Part shown: piece by piece, positions 20,550 through 31,683 of the stretch
Numbering within the stretch: the stretch's first letter is position 1
How the letters are laid out: each line of letters opens with the position of its first letter
Assembly (NCBI GenBank): GCA_963715085.1
Contig: CAVQQU010000005.1
Location: 163,881-227,880 of the forward strand
Direction of reading: 5' to 3'
DNA: 64,000 nucleotides
Origin: an uncultured Chloroflexia bacterium
GTDB lineage: Bacteria; Chloroflexota; Limnocylindria; Limnocylindrales; CSP1-4
Made by a program: the position numbers and the translations under genes
Notes under the pieces: generated by a model
What the model saw: only the letters and a program-made list of their open reading frames with translations
The model's database searches: none
Told to the model about the DNA's origin: nothing

Positions 20550-21200
20550 ATGTCGCTCGAGGAAATCGTCATCGGGGTGCTGGGCATCGCGCTCGGCGCC
20601 GCATTCGCCTTCGCAGGCTTCCGCTTCTTCCTGATCCTGCTGCCCATCTGGGGCCTCTTCACGGGGTTCATGGTCGGCGCGGGCGCGACCGCCATGCTGC
20701 TCGGCGAGGGCTTCCTCGGGAGCGTCCTGGCGATCGGAGTCGGGGTCGTGGTGGCGATCGTCTTCGCCGTCCTCAGCTACCTGTACTGGTGGGGCGCGAT
20801 CGCCGTGGTCGGTGGCGCGCTCGGGTACTGGGTCGCCCACTGGCTGCTCGTCGCCATCGGCTTCGCGGACGACGGGTTCGTGACCACGCTGATCGCCCTG
20901 GCGGCCGGCGTGGCCGTGGGCTTCCTCGCGCTGGTGGTGAACGCCCCGAAGTACGTCGCGATCATCCTGACCGCGTTCGCCGGGGCCTCGTGGCTGGCCG
21001 CCGGCGTCGCCCTCTTCCTCGGGGTCGTCAAGACCGACGAGCTGACCAACGGCTCGATCGCGGCGATCTACACGGAGGGCTGGCTCTGGATCGCCATCTG
21101 GGGCGTCGTCGCCGCGGCCGGGATCATCGCCCAGCTCGCGACGACCGCCCGCATGGAGCAGGACCTGTCCGCATCGATGGCGGCGCGCCGGCCCTTCTGA
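20550..21200 (+). CDS. DUF4203-like polytopic membrane protein
   Basis: GAGGGAGG RBS. About six TM helices. No catalytic motifs. Confidence 0.55.
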   Translation: MSLEEIVIGVLGIALGAAFAFAGFRFFLILLPIWGLFTGFMVGAGATAMLLGEGFLGSVLAIGVGVVVAIVFAVLSYLYWWGAIAVVGGALGYWVAHWLLVAIGFADDGFVTTLIALAAGVAVGFLALVVNAPKYVAIILTAFAGASWLAAGVALFLGVVKTDELTNGSIAAIYTEGWLWIAIWGVVAAAGIIAQLATTARMEQDLSASMAARRPF

Positions 21201-21242
21201 GCGCGACGGCCCGTCCGGGGTCGCCCGCTCACCGGAACCACG

Positions 21243-21270
21243 CAGGCCCCGGGAGCCCACCCGGGGCCTG
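21243..21270. terminator. Perfect 10-bp GC hairpin CAGGCCCCGG-N8-CCGGGGCCTG between convergent genes
   Basis: Read directly. It sits between the DUF4203 stop (21200) and the penicillin-acylase stop (21331). Confidence 0.5.
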
Positions 21271-21330
21271 CCGCGTCTCGGGACGAGGACCAGGCGTCCG
21301 CCTCCCTCCGACGTGAGCCGGCCCGAAGCG

Positions 21331-23958
21331 TCAGGGCTCCAGGATGCAGTCGGGTGGACATCCGTCCCTCGACCGCATCGCGCGTGAAGGGGAGGGGGAC
21401 GCTCCGGCCGGTGATCCAGTCATCGATCAGGTCGCTGTAGTGGCGGCCGCCCGGGTTGCCGCCCTGGCCGGTGCTGATGACGATCCGCGCGTCGTCGAGC
21501 CGCTCGGGAGCCATCTCGATCGCCAGGCGGTACGAGGGATGGTTCGTCATCGTGAACGCCTCGATGAGCGTCCCAGGCGTGGCGCCCGGCTCGTCCGGGT
21601 CGGGATACCAGGCGCCCAGGGTCAGGTTGCCGTTGTTCACGGCGTCGCTCGTGCCGGGGATGCCGTACGGGCCCGCGTTGAACATGCCCTCGAGGATCGC
21701 GATCCCGCTCTTGCCCAGCGTCTGCTCGCGGAAGGTCGTGGTGTGGACCCGCGCCCACGCCCAGCGGGACGGGTCGCCGATCGCCCCGCGCAGCTCTGCG
21801 CCCGCGTCGTCGAGGGCGGCAGCAAGGCGGCCGTTGCGCGTCTCCACGGCCTCCGTGCCGGGGTCGTCCCAGAACGGCGACCCGGCGTCCGCCACGGCCG
21901 CCCGGAGGGCCAGGCGCGACGGATCGGAGCCCATGTACATCGGGGCGAGCGTCCCCAGCCACGGGTCGAAGAGGGCCCGCAGGAGCCGCCACTCCGTGAC
22001 CTCGTAGGCGGAGCAGCCGCGGCTGTCGAGATCGCAGGCGCCGTTCCAGCCGCTGATGAGGCGCTGGACTTCGCGGCCGTCGGTCGTCGTGGGCGAAGCG
22101 GCGAGGAGGGCGGGGATCACCTCGTCGGCCCGCAGGAGGCGGACGTCGTTCTGGATCGCCGATAGATCGGCCTGGGTCACGCCGCCGTCGGCAGCGGCTG
22201 CGTCGAGCAGCTGCCGGATCCGCGTCGCGCGCCAGCCGGAGTCCCACTCGTTCCCGAGGTGATACGGGTACTCGGCGTCGACGGGGTTGTTGTTGGCCGT
22301 GACGATGATCTCGTCGGGCGGGTTGTAGAGGGCGGGGAGCTCGTCGAACGGAACGTAGCCGGTCCAGTCGTGTTCGCCGGACGACCCGTCGACCGGGCGC
22401 CGGCCGTCGTCGCCCTGCGGCCGGAGCGGGATCCGGCCCGGCACCTGGTACCCGATGTTGCCGTCGAGGTCGGCATAGACGAAGTTCTGGGCGGGTGCCA
22501 CGTACGAGCGAAGCGCGTCGCGAAGCTCGGCGAACGTGCTGGCCGCGTCGATCTTGAGGAAGGCGCCAAGGGCGCCGTCCGTCTCGGCCAGGGCCGTCCA
22601 CCGGAAGGCGTAGAGCGCGCTGGTGGTGGCCAGCTCGGGCACGACGTCGTTGAGGATCGGCCCGTGGACCGTCGAGCGCACCGTGATCGTGACGGGGTCG
22701 CCGCCGGCGACCGCGATCGTCTCCTCGCGTGTCTCGAACGGCACCGACGCGCCCTTGTAGAGGTAGTTGGCCGGGTTGGCCGGGTCGGGCGTCTCGACGA
22801 ACAGGTCCTGGACGTCGGGGCCGGTGTTGGTGACGCCCCACGCGATCCGGCCGTTGTGGCCCAGGACGACGCCCGGCGCGCTGGGGAAGGAGACGCCCGC
22901 CACGTCGTACGGGCAGGTGGACGACACGACGCGGCAGTGGAGGGCGTTCATGTACCAGATGCTCGGCATCTGGACGCCGAGATGCGGATCGTTGGCCAGG
23001 AGGGCATTCCCGGTGGCGCTCTTGCGCCGGACCCACGACCCAGTTGTTCGATCCCACGCCGGGGTGCCCGAGCGCGGACGCCCCCGTGTCGAAGCCGGCG
23101 AGGGCGCTGATGTCGTCGCCGATCGCCACCAGGCGGGCGAATCCGGCCGCGTGTCCCGCGTCCACGGCGGGTGGCTCGCCCGTCGCGGCCGCTGTCGCGG
23201 CGGTGCCCGCCCGGCCGGCCGGCGCCCCGACCAGGTCCTTCGTGCGAGTGATCGTCGGCGCCCCGGCGGGGTACGCCGGCACCAGGAGGTCGGTCAGCGC
23301 CGGGTCGCCGAGGCGGGCGTCGGCGAGAAGGCGGAAGAGCTCGGCGTCGTAGTTGCCGCCCAGCGACCAGGCCTGGAGCTTGCCGAAGGTGACCGTGTCG
23401 AGCGTCGTCCACGGCTCCGGTTGATAGCCGTCGAGGCCGCCGCCCTTCCCGGATTGGAGACCGGCCACCACGAAGGCCAGCCCGCGCTGGCCGCTGCTCA
23501 TCGCCGAGCCACGCGTTGACGCCCGCCGCGTAGCGTTCCAGGGCCCGGACCGTCGGCGCGTCCAGGGCCGCCAGGTCACGCTCCGCCGCCTGCCGCCAGC
23601 CGAGCGTCCGGATGAAGCGGTCCGTGTCGAGCTGGGACTCCCCGAAGAGCTCGCTGACGCGGCCGGCCCCGATGTGGCGGAAGACCTCCATCTGCCACAT
23701 CCGCTCGGAGGCATGCACGAATCCCTGGGCGAAGAAGAGGTCGTCGGACGTGTCGGCGTAGATGTGCGCGATCCCCGTCTCGTCGCGGATCACCTCGGCC
23801 GAGGCCGCGAGCCCGGGGACCTGCAGCGTCCCGCTCACCTGGGGCTGGGCCCTCCCGCTCACCCATGCCAGGAGGCCGCCGACGGCCACCGTGCTGATCA
23901 GCGCGACGGCAATGACGACGATGAGCAGGCCCGCCAGCAGGCGGCCGACAATTCGCAC
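21331..23958 (-). pseudogene. Penicillin-acylase-family Ntn hydrolase (penicillin amidase / possible AHL-acylase); frameshifted three or more times
   Basis: Signal/TM VRIVGRLLAGLLIVVIAVA. Alpha-subunit motifs (FAQGFVHASERMWQMEVFR). The beta-subunit nucleophile is SNNWVV. The body and the C-terminus ...ILEP lie in different minus frames. Confidence 0.7.
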
Positions 23959-24058
23959 GGGGTCCCTCTTCTCCTCGCCGCCGCAGCGCGCCGGTTCCGC
24001 GCATAGTGCCCGAACCGGGACTCCGGCGCGTCTCCCCCGCGCCTCCGGCGCGGCCGGT

Positions 24059-25057
24059 TCAGCGAGGCAGCAGCATCCCGACGTCCCGCGTCGCCGCCGT
24101 CGCCAGGATCGCCTCGGCGAAGACGAGATCGGCCAGGCCCACACCGAGATGCGTCACGAGCACGCGTCCGCGCGCGGGGCGAGGGGTCGCGTCGCGGATG
24201 GCAGTCCCGAGGATCGCCACCGGGTCGGGGTAGTCGTCGAACTGGCCCGCGGCGCGATTCGCACGGAACTGGCCGTCCTCGTCGACGAGGAAGAGGCCCG
24301 CCTCGTGCGCGACACCGGCGGCGATCGACATGGCGTAGTCGACGGCGATCGATGAGCGCGCCGGGCGCGAACCAGTCGCTCGCCATCACCTGGCGCACCG
24401 GCCCGAACGAGACGCAGGTCACCACGACGTCGGCGTCGCGGACCGCCGATCGGGCGTCGTGGACGGCCCGCGCGGAGCCGATCCCGGGCATGGCCGACGC
24501 CACGCCGGCGAGGGCGGCCGCCCTGGCTCGGCGTCGCGATCGTGGATCGCAAGCTCGACGCCGGGCAGGAGGTGGCCGAGGACGGGCAGGTGGGCGCGGC
24601 CCTGGATGCCGGCCCCCACGATCGCGGCCCGCGCGGCCCGACCGCCGGTCGGTGGCGCCCAGCGGGCGATCGCGGTCCCGGAGACCGCGGCCGTCCGCTC
24701 GGAGGTGATCGGCGCGGCGTCGAGGATCGCGAGCGGGACGCCGGTCCGCGCATCGTTGACGACGACCAGGCCGTGCAGCGCGGGCAGCCCGGCCGCCGGG
24801 TTGTCGGGGAACCCGGCGATCCACTTCATGCCCGCGAGGTCGCGCGAGCCGTCGTTCGCCGGGCCGGGGAGGTACGCGGGCATCGCGTGGGCGAAGGAGC
24901 CTGCCGGGCGCGGGTGGATCCCGATCTTCGGCGGCAGCTCGGCCCCCTCGGTCAGCCCGACGAGCGTCCGCTCGGCGAGGCGAAGCCGCTCAGGGAGCAG
25001 CGGCATGCACGCGACGACGTCGGCCGCGACCAGGTAGCGGAGGGCCGGCAGGGCCAT
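24059..25057 (-). pseudogene. Ornithine cyclodeaminase / mu-crystallin family protein; frameshifted twice
   Basis: Rossmann segment AAIVGAGIQGRAHLPVL. The C-terminus LVDEDGQFRA...THLGVGLADLVFAEAI. Three frame segments. Confidence 0.65.
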
Positions 25058-25085
25058 GTGCGGGCAGGGGAGTGGCGCGCCCGGC

Positions 25086-25664
25086 TCAGGCGCCCGGTTC
25101 GCGCTCGCCGGCGGCGGGGGCAGCCTCCGGCGCGTCCGCGGCGTCGGCTTCCTTCGCGACGTCGCGGAGAGCCCGGCGCATCTTCTCCTCGGTCTCCATC
25201 AGGATCGAGCTCTGGGCGAGCTCGCCGCCGAACGGCGCCAGCTCCGCGATCATCTCGTCAGGCGTGGCCGTGCCGGGGTCGCCCGTGACGAAGACCGCCG
25301 AGTGGCTCGGCTTCAGGATTGCCCGCACGCGGTCGGCGAACTCCTGCTCCTTGCCGCGGTCGGCCCTGTGGGCGCCGATGCCGACGGCGCCGCCCGCCAT
25401 GACGAGGCCGATGATCGGGATGGAGAGCGCGGCGCCGAAGAGGAGGCCTCCAGCGGCTGCCTTGGCGAAGCTCTTCGTGGCGTGGCGGTGCGTGCTGACG
25501 ACGGTGAACTCGCCCTGCGCGTCGGCGCTGACGAGGGCCGCGTCCCGGACCTGGATTCGGCCGTCCTTGTCCATCGCCTTGATCTTCTCGTAGACGAGCT
25601 CCGCGGTCGCGTGCTCCGGGTAGACCAGGATGAAGAGCCGGCTGGGCTGCTGCGGCGGGGCCAT
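25086..25664 (-). CDS. DUF1269-like membrane protein
   Basis: GGAGG RBS. MAPPQQPSRLFILVYPEHATAELVYEKIKAMDKDGRIQVRDAALV and a Gly-rich TM region. Confidence 0.55.
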   Translation of the reverse strand: MAPPQQPSRLFILVYPEHATAELVYEKIKAMDKDGRIQVRDAALVSADAQGEFTVVSTHRHATKSFAKAAAGGLLFGAALSIPIIGLVMAGGAVGIGAHRADRGKEQEFADRVRAILKPSHSAVFVTGDPGTATPDEMIAELAPFGGELAQSSILMETEEKMRRALRDVAKEADAADAPEAAPAAGEREPGA

Positions 25665-25776
25665 CAGGCGCAACCTCCATGCCTCCACCCGACACTGGGG
25701 GGAGCCGACGCACTCTAGCACGCAGAGATGCGCCGGGACACGGACGCAGGCCCTCCTGCGGCGTACGATCCGGGGC

Positions 25777-26988
25777 ATGACCCAGAGCAGTGCCCCCGAT
25801 CCCGCCGCCCTGCGGGAGACCACGACCGCGCTCCGGATGGAGCGCGACGCCATTCACCTGTACGACAGCCTGGCCCGGATGGAGAAGGATCCCCATCGCG
25901 CCGAGGCGTTCCGGACGATTGCCGCCGACGAACGCCGCCACGCGGAGGTCTGGGAAGATCGCCTCCGCGAGGCCGGAGTGACGATCCCGCCGCCCGGCGG
26001 GCCAGGGCCGCGCATGCGCTTCATCCTCGCGGTCGCGCGCGTCCTCGGCACGCGGGCCGTGGGTGACCTCGTCCGGACGCTCGAGGGCAACGATGAGCGG
26101 CGCTACGCGAAGGAAGCGCCCTTGGCGCCGGGTGCCGGGATGACGGCAACGATGGCGGCCATGGCCGCCGACGAGCGCCGCCACGCCGAGACCTGGCGCT
26201 GGCTGGAGAAGCCACATGGCGACGAGGGCGCGGCGACGACCGTCGACGCCGAGCGCCAGGGCCGCGTCGCGGCGAGCGTCGCCGAGATCACCAAGGCCGA
26301 GAACTGGCACCGTGGCGGCGCCGGCACGCTGCGCGCGATCGTCTTCGGGGCGTCCGACGGCCTCGTGAGCAACCTCTCGCTGGTCATGGGCGTCGCCGGC
26401 GCCACCGCGGAGCCGTCGTTCATCCTTCTCTCGGGGATCGCCGGGCTCCTCGCGGGCGCCTTCTCGATGGCGGCGGGGGAGTACATCTCGGTTCGCTCGC
26501 AGGTGGAGGTGCTGGAGCGCCAGATCGCCCTGGAGCGCGCCGAGCTGGCGGCCATCCCCGAGGAGGAGTTCGAGGAGCTCGTCGCGATCTACCGCTCCAA
26601 GGGACTCCCGGAGGAGGACGCGCGGCGGTTCGCCGAGCACATCTTCCAGGATCCCGAGGTGGCCCTCCAGACGCTGGTCCGGGAGGAGCTGGGGCTCGAC
26701 CAGGACGGGATCAGCTCGCCGTGGTCGGCGGCCGGTGGGTCGTTTCTCGCCTTCGTCACGGGGGCGATCGTCCCCGTCATCCCGTTCCTCTTCGGCAGCG
26801 GCGACGTGGCCCTCCTCGTCAGCTTCGGGATGAGCATGGCGGCCCTGTTCCTGCTGGGCGCCCTCGTGAGCCTGCTGACCGGACGGAACCTGGTCTTCTC
26901 CGGGCTGCGCCAGGTCGGGATCGGGGCCACCGCGGCGATCGTCACGTACATGGTCGGCCGCGTCATCGGCGTCAACGTCGCCGGCTGA
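25777..26988 (+). CDS. Membrane-bound ferritin-like / VIT1-CCC1 family iron transporter (MbfA-like: N-terminal rubrerythrin-ferritin domain plus C-terminal VIT domain)
   Basis: Two ExxH ferritin-like motifs (ADERRHAEVWE and ADERRHAETWR). VIT-domain TM segments with GASDGLVSNLSLVMGVAG. Intact 403 aa. Confidence 0.8.
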   Translation: MTQSSAPDPAALRETTTALRMERDAIHLYDSLARMEKDPHRAEAFRTIAADERRHAEVWEDRLREAGVTIPPPGGPGPRMRFILAVARVLGTRAVGDLVRTLEGNDERRYAKEAPLAPGAGMTATMAAMAADERRHAETWRWLEKPHGDEGAATTVDAERQGRVAASVAEITKAENWHRGGAGTLRAIVFGASDGLVSNLSLVMGVAGATAEPSFILLSGIAGLLAGAFSMAAGEYISVRSQVEVLERQIALERAELAAIPEEEFEELVAIYRSKGLPEEDARRFAEHIFQDPEVALQTLVREELGLDQDGISSPWSAAGGSFLAFVTGAIVPVIPFLFGSGDVALLVSFGMSMAALFLLGALVSLLTGRNLVFSGLRQVGIGATAAIVTYMVGRVIGVNVAG

Positions 26989-26991
26989 CGG

Positions 26992-27324
26992 ATGGACCCG
27001 CGCGACCCGGTCGCCGGGCTGACGGCACGGCTGAGCGCGGAAGGGTTGCGGCCCATGACCTGGGCGAACGGGCCCGGGGACGAGTACGCCGCGCACGCCC
27101 ACGGCTTCGACAAGGTGCTGGCCTGCGCTGCGGGGAGCATCGTGTTCGGCCTGCCGGGCCGCGGTGAGAGGGTGGCACTGCGCGCCGGCGACCGGCTCGA
27201 CCTGCCGGCCGGGACCCTGCATGACGCGATCGTCGGGCCGGACGGGGTCACCTGCCTGGAGGCGCACCTCCCGGCCGGGTCGCTCGGGCCGCTGGCGGAG
27301 CGACGGCCCGCGGGCGAGTGGTAG
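26992..27324 (+). CDS. Cupin-domain protein
   Basis: 110 aa starting 4 nt after the mbfA stop. A cupin-like His cluster (YAAHAHGFDKV...). Confidence 0.55.
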   Translation: MDPRDPVAGLTARLSAEGLRPMTWANGPGDEYAAHAHGFDKVLACAAGSIVFGLPGRGERVALRAGDRLDLPAGTLHDAIVGPDGVTCLEAHLPAGSLGPLAERRPAGEW

Positions 27325-27358
27325 GGCTCCTGGGCGCCGGCGGGCCGGAAATCGAGAA

Positions 27359-27377
27359 GGCCCCCTCGACGGGGGCC
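27359..27377. terminator. GC hairpin GGCCCCC-tcgac-GGGGGCC between convergent genes
   Basis: Read directly. Confidence 0.4.
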
Positions 27378-27406
27378 CCTCGCTCGGTGCATTGTTGGCG
27401 GGCTGG

Positions 27407-27541
27407 TCAGCGCAGGCCGAAGCGAGCCCAGGTGGGAAGCCGATCGCGCGGATCGACCTCGGGAGACTTGTCGTCGTCGCTCAGCAGGACACTGACGAAG
27501 GAGAAGAGCGCGAGAAGGCCGAGCACGGTTGCGATGATCAT
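27407..27541 (-). CDS. Hypothetical 44 aa single-TM peptide
   Basis: GGAGG-N8-ATG. MIIATVLGLLALFSFVSVLLSDDDKSPEVD... Confidence 0.3.
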   Translation of the reverse strand: MIIATVLGLLALFSFVSVLLSDDDKSPEVDPRDRLPTWARFGLR

Positions 27542-27645
27542 CGTCGCCTGCCTCCGTCGAATGGCTGCGTGACGACCACAATGTGACCTGTCGCCTGCAA
27601 CAATAGCCTAATGAATCGTGTGCGTCAACCGGATATGCCTAACAA

Positions 27646-28132
27646 ATGGTGGCTAGAATGCCTGTGAGCCCGAAGATCAACCCGACGGATGCACGAATCC
27701 TCGACATCCTCCAGCGCGACGGTCGATGCTCCTTCGCGGAGATCGGCGTCGAGGTGGGCATGAGCGGCCCCTCGGCGCACGAACGGGTCAAGAAGCTGGA
27801 GGCGCGCGGGATCGTGCGCGGCTACGCGGCGCAGGTCGATCCGGTGGCGGTCGGCCTCGGCGTGCTGGCGTTCATGTGGGTGACCCAGGCGCCGGGGAGC
27901 ATCGCCGATGACATCACGGGACGACTTCGCGGACATCCCCGAAGTCGAGGCCTGCCATCGGATCGCGGGCGAAGGGGACTACCTGCTCAAGATCCGGGCC
28001 AGCGACACCGCCGACCTGGAGCGGGTAGTACGGCGGGTCCAGACCACCCGGCACGTCTACCGCACTGAGACCGACATCGTGTTCTCGACGCCGTTCGAGC
28101 GGCGCCCGTTGCCGATCCCGGCCGGCCGCTGA
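27646..28132 (+). pseudogene. Lrp/AsnC-family transcriptional regulator; one frameshift near 27915
   Basis: HTH DARILDILQRDGRCSFAEIGVEVGMSGPSAHERVKKLE. RAM domain C-terminus EVEACHRIAGEGDYLLKIRA...FSTPFE in another frame. Confidence 0.7.
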
Positions 28133-28175
28133 CGCCGCCGAATCCCCGCGTTGAGCGCGAGGACCCCCAGAACGG

Positions 28176-28346
28176 CTACCCGGCCGGGCCGGACCTGACG
28201 CCGTTGAGATCCGCTGCGTCGAGTGGCGCCTCAGCGGTCTCGTCCTCGTCCTCGATCTCGGGCACCCGTCCGAAGGCGAGGAAGGCCAGCACGCCCCCGC
28301 CGGCAAGGATGAGCGCGACGATCCACCAGACGTACTCGAGGTTCAT
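28176..28346 (-). CDS. Hypothetical 56 aa single-TM acidic-tail peptide
   Basis: MNLEYVWWIVALILAGGGVLAFLAFG plus EIEDEDETAE. Confidence 0.3.
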   Translation of the reverse strand: MNLEYVWWIVALILAGGGVLAFLAFGRVPEIEDEDETAEAPLDAADLNGVRSGPAG

Positions 28347-28436
28347 GCGGCCGGGAGTATCGCACGCCGCCCGGGTACCCATCGCGCCGCGCGGCCGCGC
28401 CACCACTCCGGGACGACCGCCGCTACACTCCCGGCG

Positions 28437-29297
28437 ATGATCGACTGGACGCCCGATCCGATCGCGTTCTCGCTCGGCCCGCTCACCGTCTACTGGTACG
28501 GGGTCATGTACGCCCTCGGCCTCGCGGTCACGTTCGTGGTCATCGAGCGCGAGGCGCGCCGCCGCGGGCCTGGACTGCCGGCCTCCTCGTCAACGGCATG
28601 ATCATCGTCGCCGTCGCGGCCCTGATCGGCGGTCGCCTCTACCACGTCATCGACCAGTGGGACCGCTACAAGGACGACCTGCCTCTCGATCGTCCTGCCG
28701 CCCTACAGCGGCCTGGGCGTCTACGGCGGGATCATCACCGGCTTCGTCGTGGCCTACATCTACGTGCGCTGGAAGCGCCAGCCCTTCCTGACCTGGTCCG
28801 ACTGCGTCGCGCCCGGCCTCCTCGTGATGCAGGCGGTGGCCCGCTGGGGCAACTTCTTCAACCAGGAGCTCTACGGGCCCCCGACCGATCTCCCCTGGGG
28901 GATCCCGATCCAGTGCATCAATCGGACACCGACATGGGCCTGCCCGCCGCTCGGGACGACACCCGTCGACACCCACTTCCAGCCGCTCTTCCTGTACGAG
29001 TCCATCTCCGGGGCGGTCGGCGCGATCGTCCTCCTGCTGATTGCCCGCCGGGTACGCTGGCTGCGGCCGGGCGACATCACCCTGCTCTTCTTCGTCTGGT
29101 ACGGGACGACGCGCTTCCTGCTCGAGCCGCTCCGCTCCAACAACTGGACGGTCGGCGGGCTCGCCACGGCCTCGATCATCAGCGCGTCCTTCGTTCTCGG
29201 GGCGCTGGCGATCCTCGCCTGGCGCCACCGGCCCGGAGCCCGCACCGCGGACGCGGCACGGCCCCGGAGCACGGCACCGCCCCCGGACGGACGCTGA
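28437..29297 (+). pseudogene. lgt: Prolipoprotein diacylglyceryl transferase; frameshifted twice
   Basis: Frame order 0, 2, 0. GVMYALG..., LIGGRLYHVIDQW, ARWGNFFNQELYG. Confidence 0.75.
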
Positions 29298-29341
29298 CAC
29301 GGCGCCGCCCCGGACGCGGCACAGCCCCCGGCCGCTCCGGA

Positions 29342-30193
29342 ATGACCGGGCCGCGGCGGCGACGGGCCGACGCGAACATCCGGCCGGACGAGGTCCGCCG
29401 GTCGAGGCGGGACGTCCGCGAGGGGCTCGACTGGCTCGGGAAGCCGCCCGCGATCCGGGCGGGGGTCGCCTACAGGCTGGTGCGCGTGCTGGCCCGCGTG
29501 CTTCTGGTGGGCGCGTTCGGGTTCCGCGTCGACGCGCGCGGTCGCGAGCACCTTCCGCCCGGCGGCGGCTACCTGCTGCTTGCCGCGGTCCACCGCGGAT
29601 GGATGGACCCGTTCCTGGCTCTCGACGCCGTCCCTGCCGAGCCGCGCGTCTGGACGCTGGGGAGCGGCGCGTCCGGCTTCGACCGGCCCTGGAAGGAGCG
29701 ACTCCTGCGGATCGTGGGCGGCGTGCTCCCGGTCTGGCGCGGCGGCGTCGGAATCGAGGTCCACGTCACGGCCGCCCGCGCCGTCCTCGAGCGGGGCGGC
29801 GTCTTCTCCACGTTCGTCGAAGGGACGATCGGGGGCCCGCCGGACCGGCCGACGCCATTCCGCCACGGCGCCTTCGTCATCGCCCTGCGGACCGGGGCGC
29901 CGATCGTCCCCCTGGCCGTTGCCGGCGCGGAGGTGCTCTACCGGGGCAAGCGGTTTGCCACCCGGATCCTGCCGCCGGTCACGATGGCGGAGCTCGCCGG
30001 CGCCGACTGGAACGGCACCCCCGAGCCCGGATCCCGCGAGGAGCTGGCCGTGGCCCGGCTGGCGGCCGAGGCCCTCGAGGCGCTGCTCGCCCCGGTCATC
30101 GCCGAGATCCATCCGTCCACGGTGGATCCTCCGACCCGCCGCCGGCGCTGGCCCTGGCTGACCGGCCTCCTCCTCGGCCGCCCGAGAGCCTGA
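29342..30193 (+). CDS. 1-acyl-sn-glycerol-3-phosphate acyltransferase family protein (PlsC-like)
   Basis: HxxxxD motif HRGWMD and FVEGTIGG (the FPEGTR-equivalent). It follows lgt, so a lipid-modification operon. Confidence 0.7.
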   Translation: MTGPRRRRADANIRPDEVRRSRRDVREGLDWLGKPPAIRAGVAYRLVRVLARVLLVGAFGFRVDARGREHLPPGGGYLLLAAVHRGWMDPFLALDAVPAEPRVWTLGSGASGFDRPWKERLLRIVGGVLPVWRGGVGIEVHVTAARAVLERGGVFSTFVEGTIGGPPDRPTPFRHGAFVIALRTGAPIVPLAVAGAEVLYRGKRFATRILPPVTMAELAGADWNGTPEPGSREELAVARLAAEALEALLAPVIAEIHPSTVDPPTRRRRWPWLTGLLLGRPRA

Positions 30194-30235
30194 CCCGGCG
30201 GGGGCCGGCCCCGGCCCGTGAGATACTGCCGGCCC

Positions 30236-31659
30236 ATGCAGTACGCCGAATCCATCCTCGATCTCGTCGGTCACACGCCCCTCGTGCGGATCAATCACCT
30301 GACGCGCGGTATCGGTCCGCTCGAAGAGCAGCCGCTCGTGCTCGCCAAGCTCGAGACGTTCAACCCCGGCGGCTCCGTGAAGGATCGGATCGGCCTCCCG
30401 ATGATCGAGGCCGCCGAGCGGGACGGGCTCCTCCGCCCGGGCGGGACGATCGTCGAGCCGACCTCCGGGAACACGGGTCACGGGCTCGCCATCGCCGCGG
30501 CGCTCCGCGGCTACCGCTGCATCTTCGTGATGGCCGACAAGCAGTCCGCCGAGAAGCAGGCGATCCTGCGGGCGTACGGCGCCGAGGTCGTCCTCTGCCC
30601 GACGAACGTGCCGCCCGGAATCGCCGGAGAGCTACTACTCGGTCGCGGCGCGACTCGCCCGCGACATCCCCGGCGCCTTCAAGCCGGACCAGTACTGGAA
30701 CGAGGAGAACCCCCGGGCGCACGAGGCGACGACCGGGCCCGAGATCTGGGAGCAGACCGCGGGCCGGGTCACCCACTTCGTGGCGAGCGTCGGGAACCGG
30801 GGGCACGATCACCGGCGCGGCGCGCTACCTGCGGGCGCAGCGCCCCGATCTCGTGGTGGTCGGGGCGGACCCCGAGGGCAGCGTCCTCTCGGGCGACACT
30901 GCCCGGCCCTACCTCACCGAAGGGGTGGGCGAGGACTTCATGCCGGGCACCCTCGATCCGGCACTCATCGACCGCTGGGTGCGGGTGTCCGACCACGACG
31001 CCTTTGCGATGGCTCGTCGGATCACGCGCGAGGAGGGGATCCTGGCCGGCGAGTCGTGCGGCACGACGATGGTCGCCGCCCTCGAGGTGGCTCGCGAGCT
31101 GACCGTCGGAGGAGCCGGCGCGGCCGCCGTGGTCGTCGCCATCCTGCCGGACAGCGGCCGGAACTACCTCTCCAAGCTCTACAACGACGAGTGGATGCGG
31201 GCGAACAGCCTGCTCCCGACGCCCGGCGGCGTGGTCACCCTGCGCGACATCCTCGACGACCATCACCACGGCAAGCAGCTGCCCGACGTCGTCGTCGTCC
31301 GGACGACGGAGTCCGTGGGCACCGCGATCGGCCGGCTCCAGGAGTTCGGGATCAGCCAGATGCCCGTCTCCGAGGACCGGGAGGACGCGCGGATCGACGG
31401 CCTCGTCGGGTCCGTGAGCGAGACCGGGCTCCTGGCCCGTGCCTATCGCGACCCGTGGATCGTGGAGCGGACGGTGGGCGAGGTGATGGCGGCGCCGCTC
31501 CCCCAGGTCCGCGAGAACGCAACCCTGGACGAGGTGTTCGCGCTGCTCGAGGGCGGCGCGTCGGCCGTCCTCGCGACCCGTGGCGAGCGACCGGCCGGAA
31601 TCGTCACGAAGCTCGACATCCTCGAGTACCTGGGCCACCACCCGCGGCTCGGTTCGTAG
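30236..31659 (+). pseudogene. Cystathionine beta-synthase (PLP domain plus tandem CBS domains); frameshifted twice around 30620-30800
   Basis: PLP-lysine context [20 protein letters not shown] appears mutated to GNRGHDHRR by an indel. C-terminal CBS pair. Confidence 0.75.
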
Positions 31660-31683
31660 CCGTCGGCGGCGGAGCTGGCGCGC

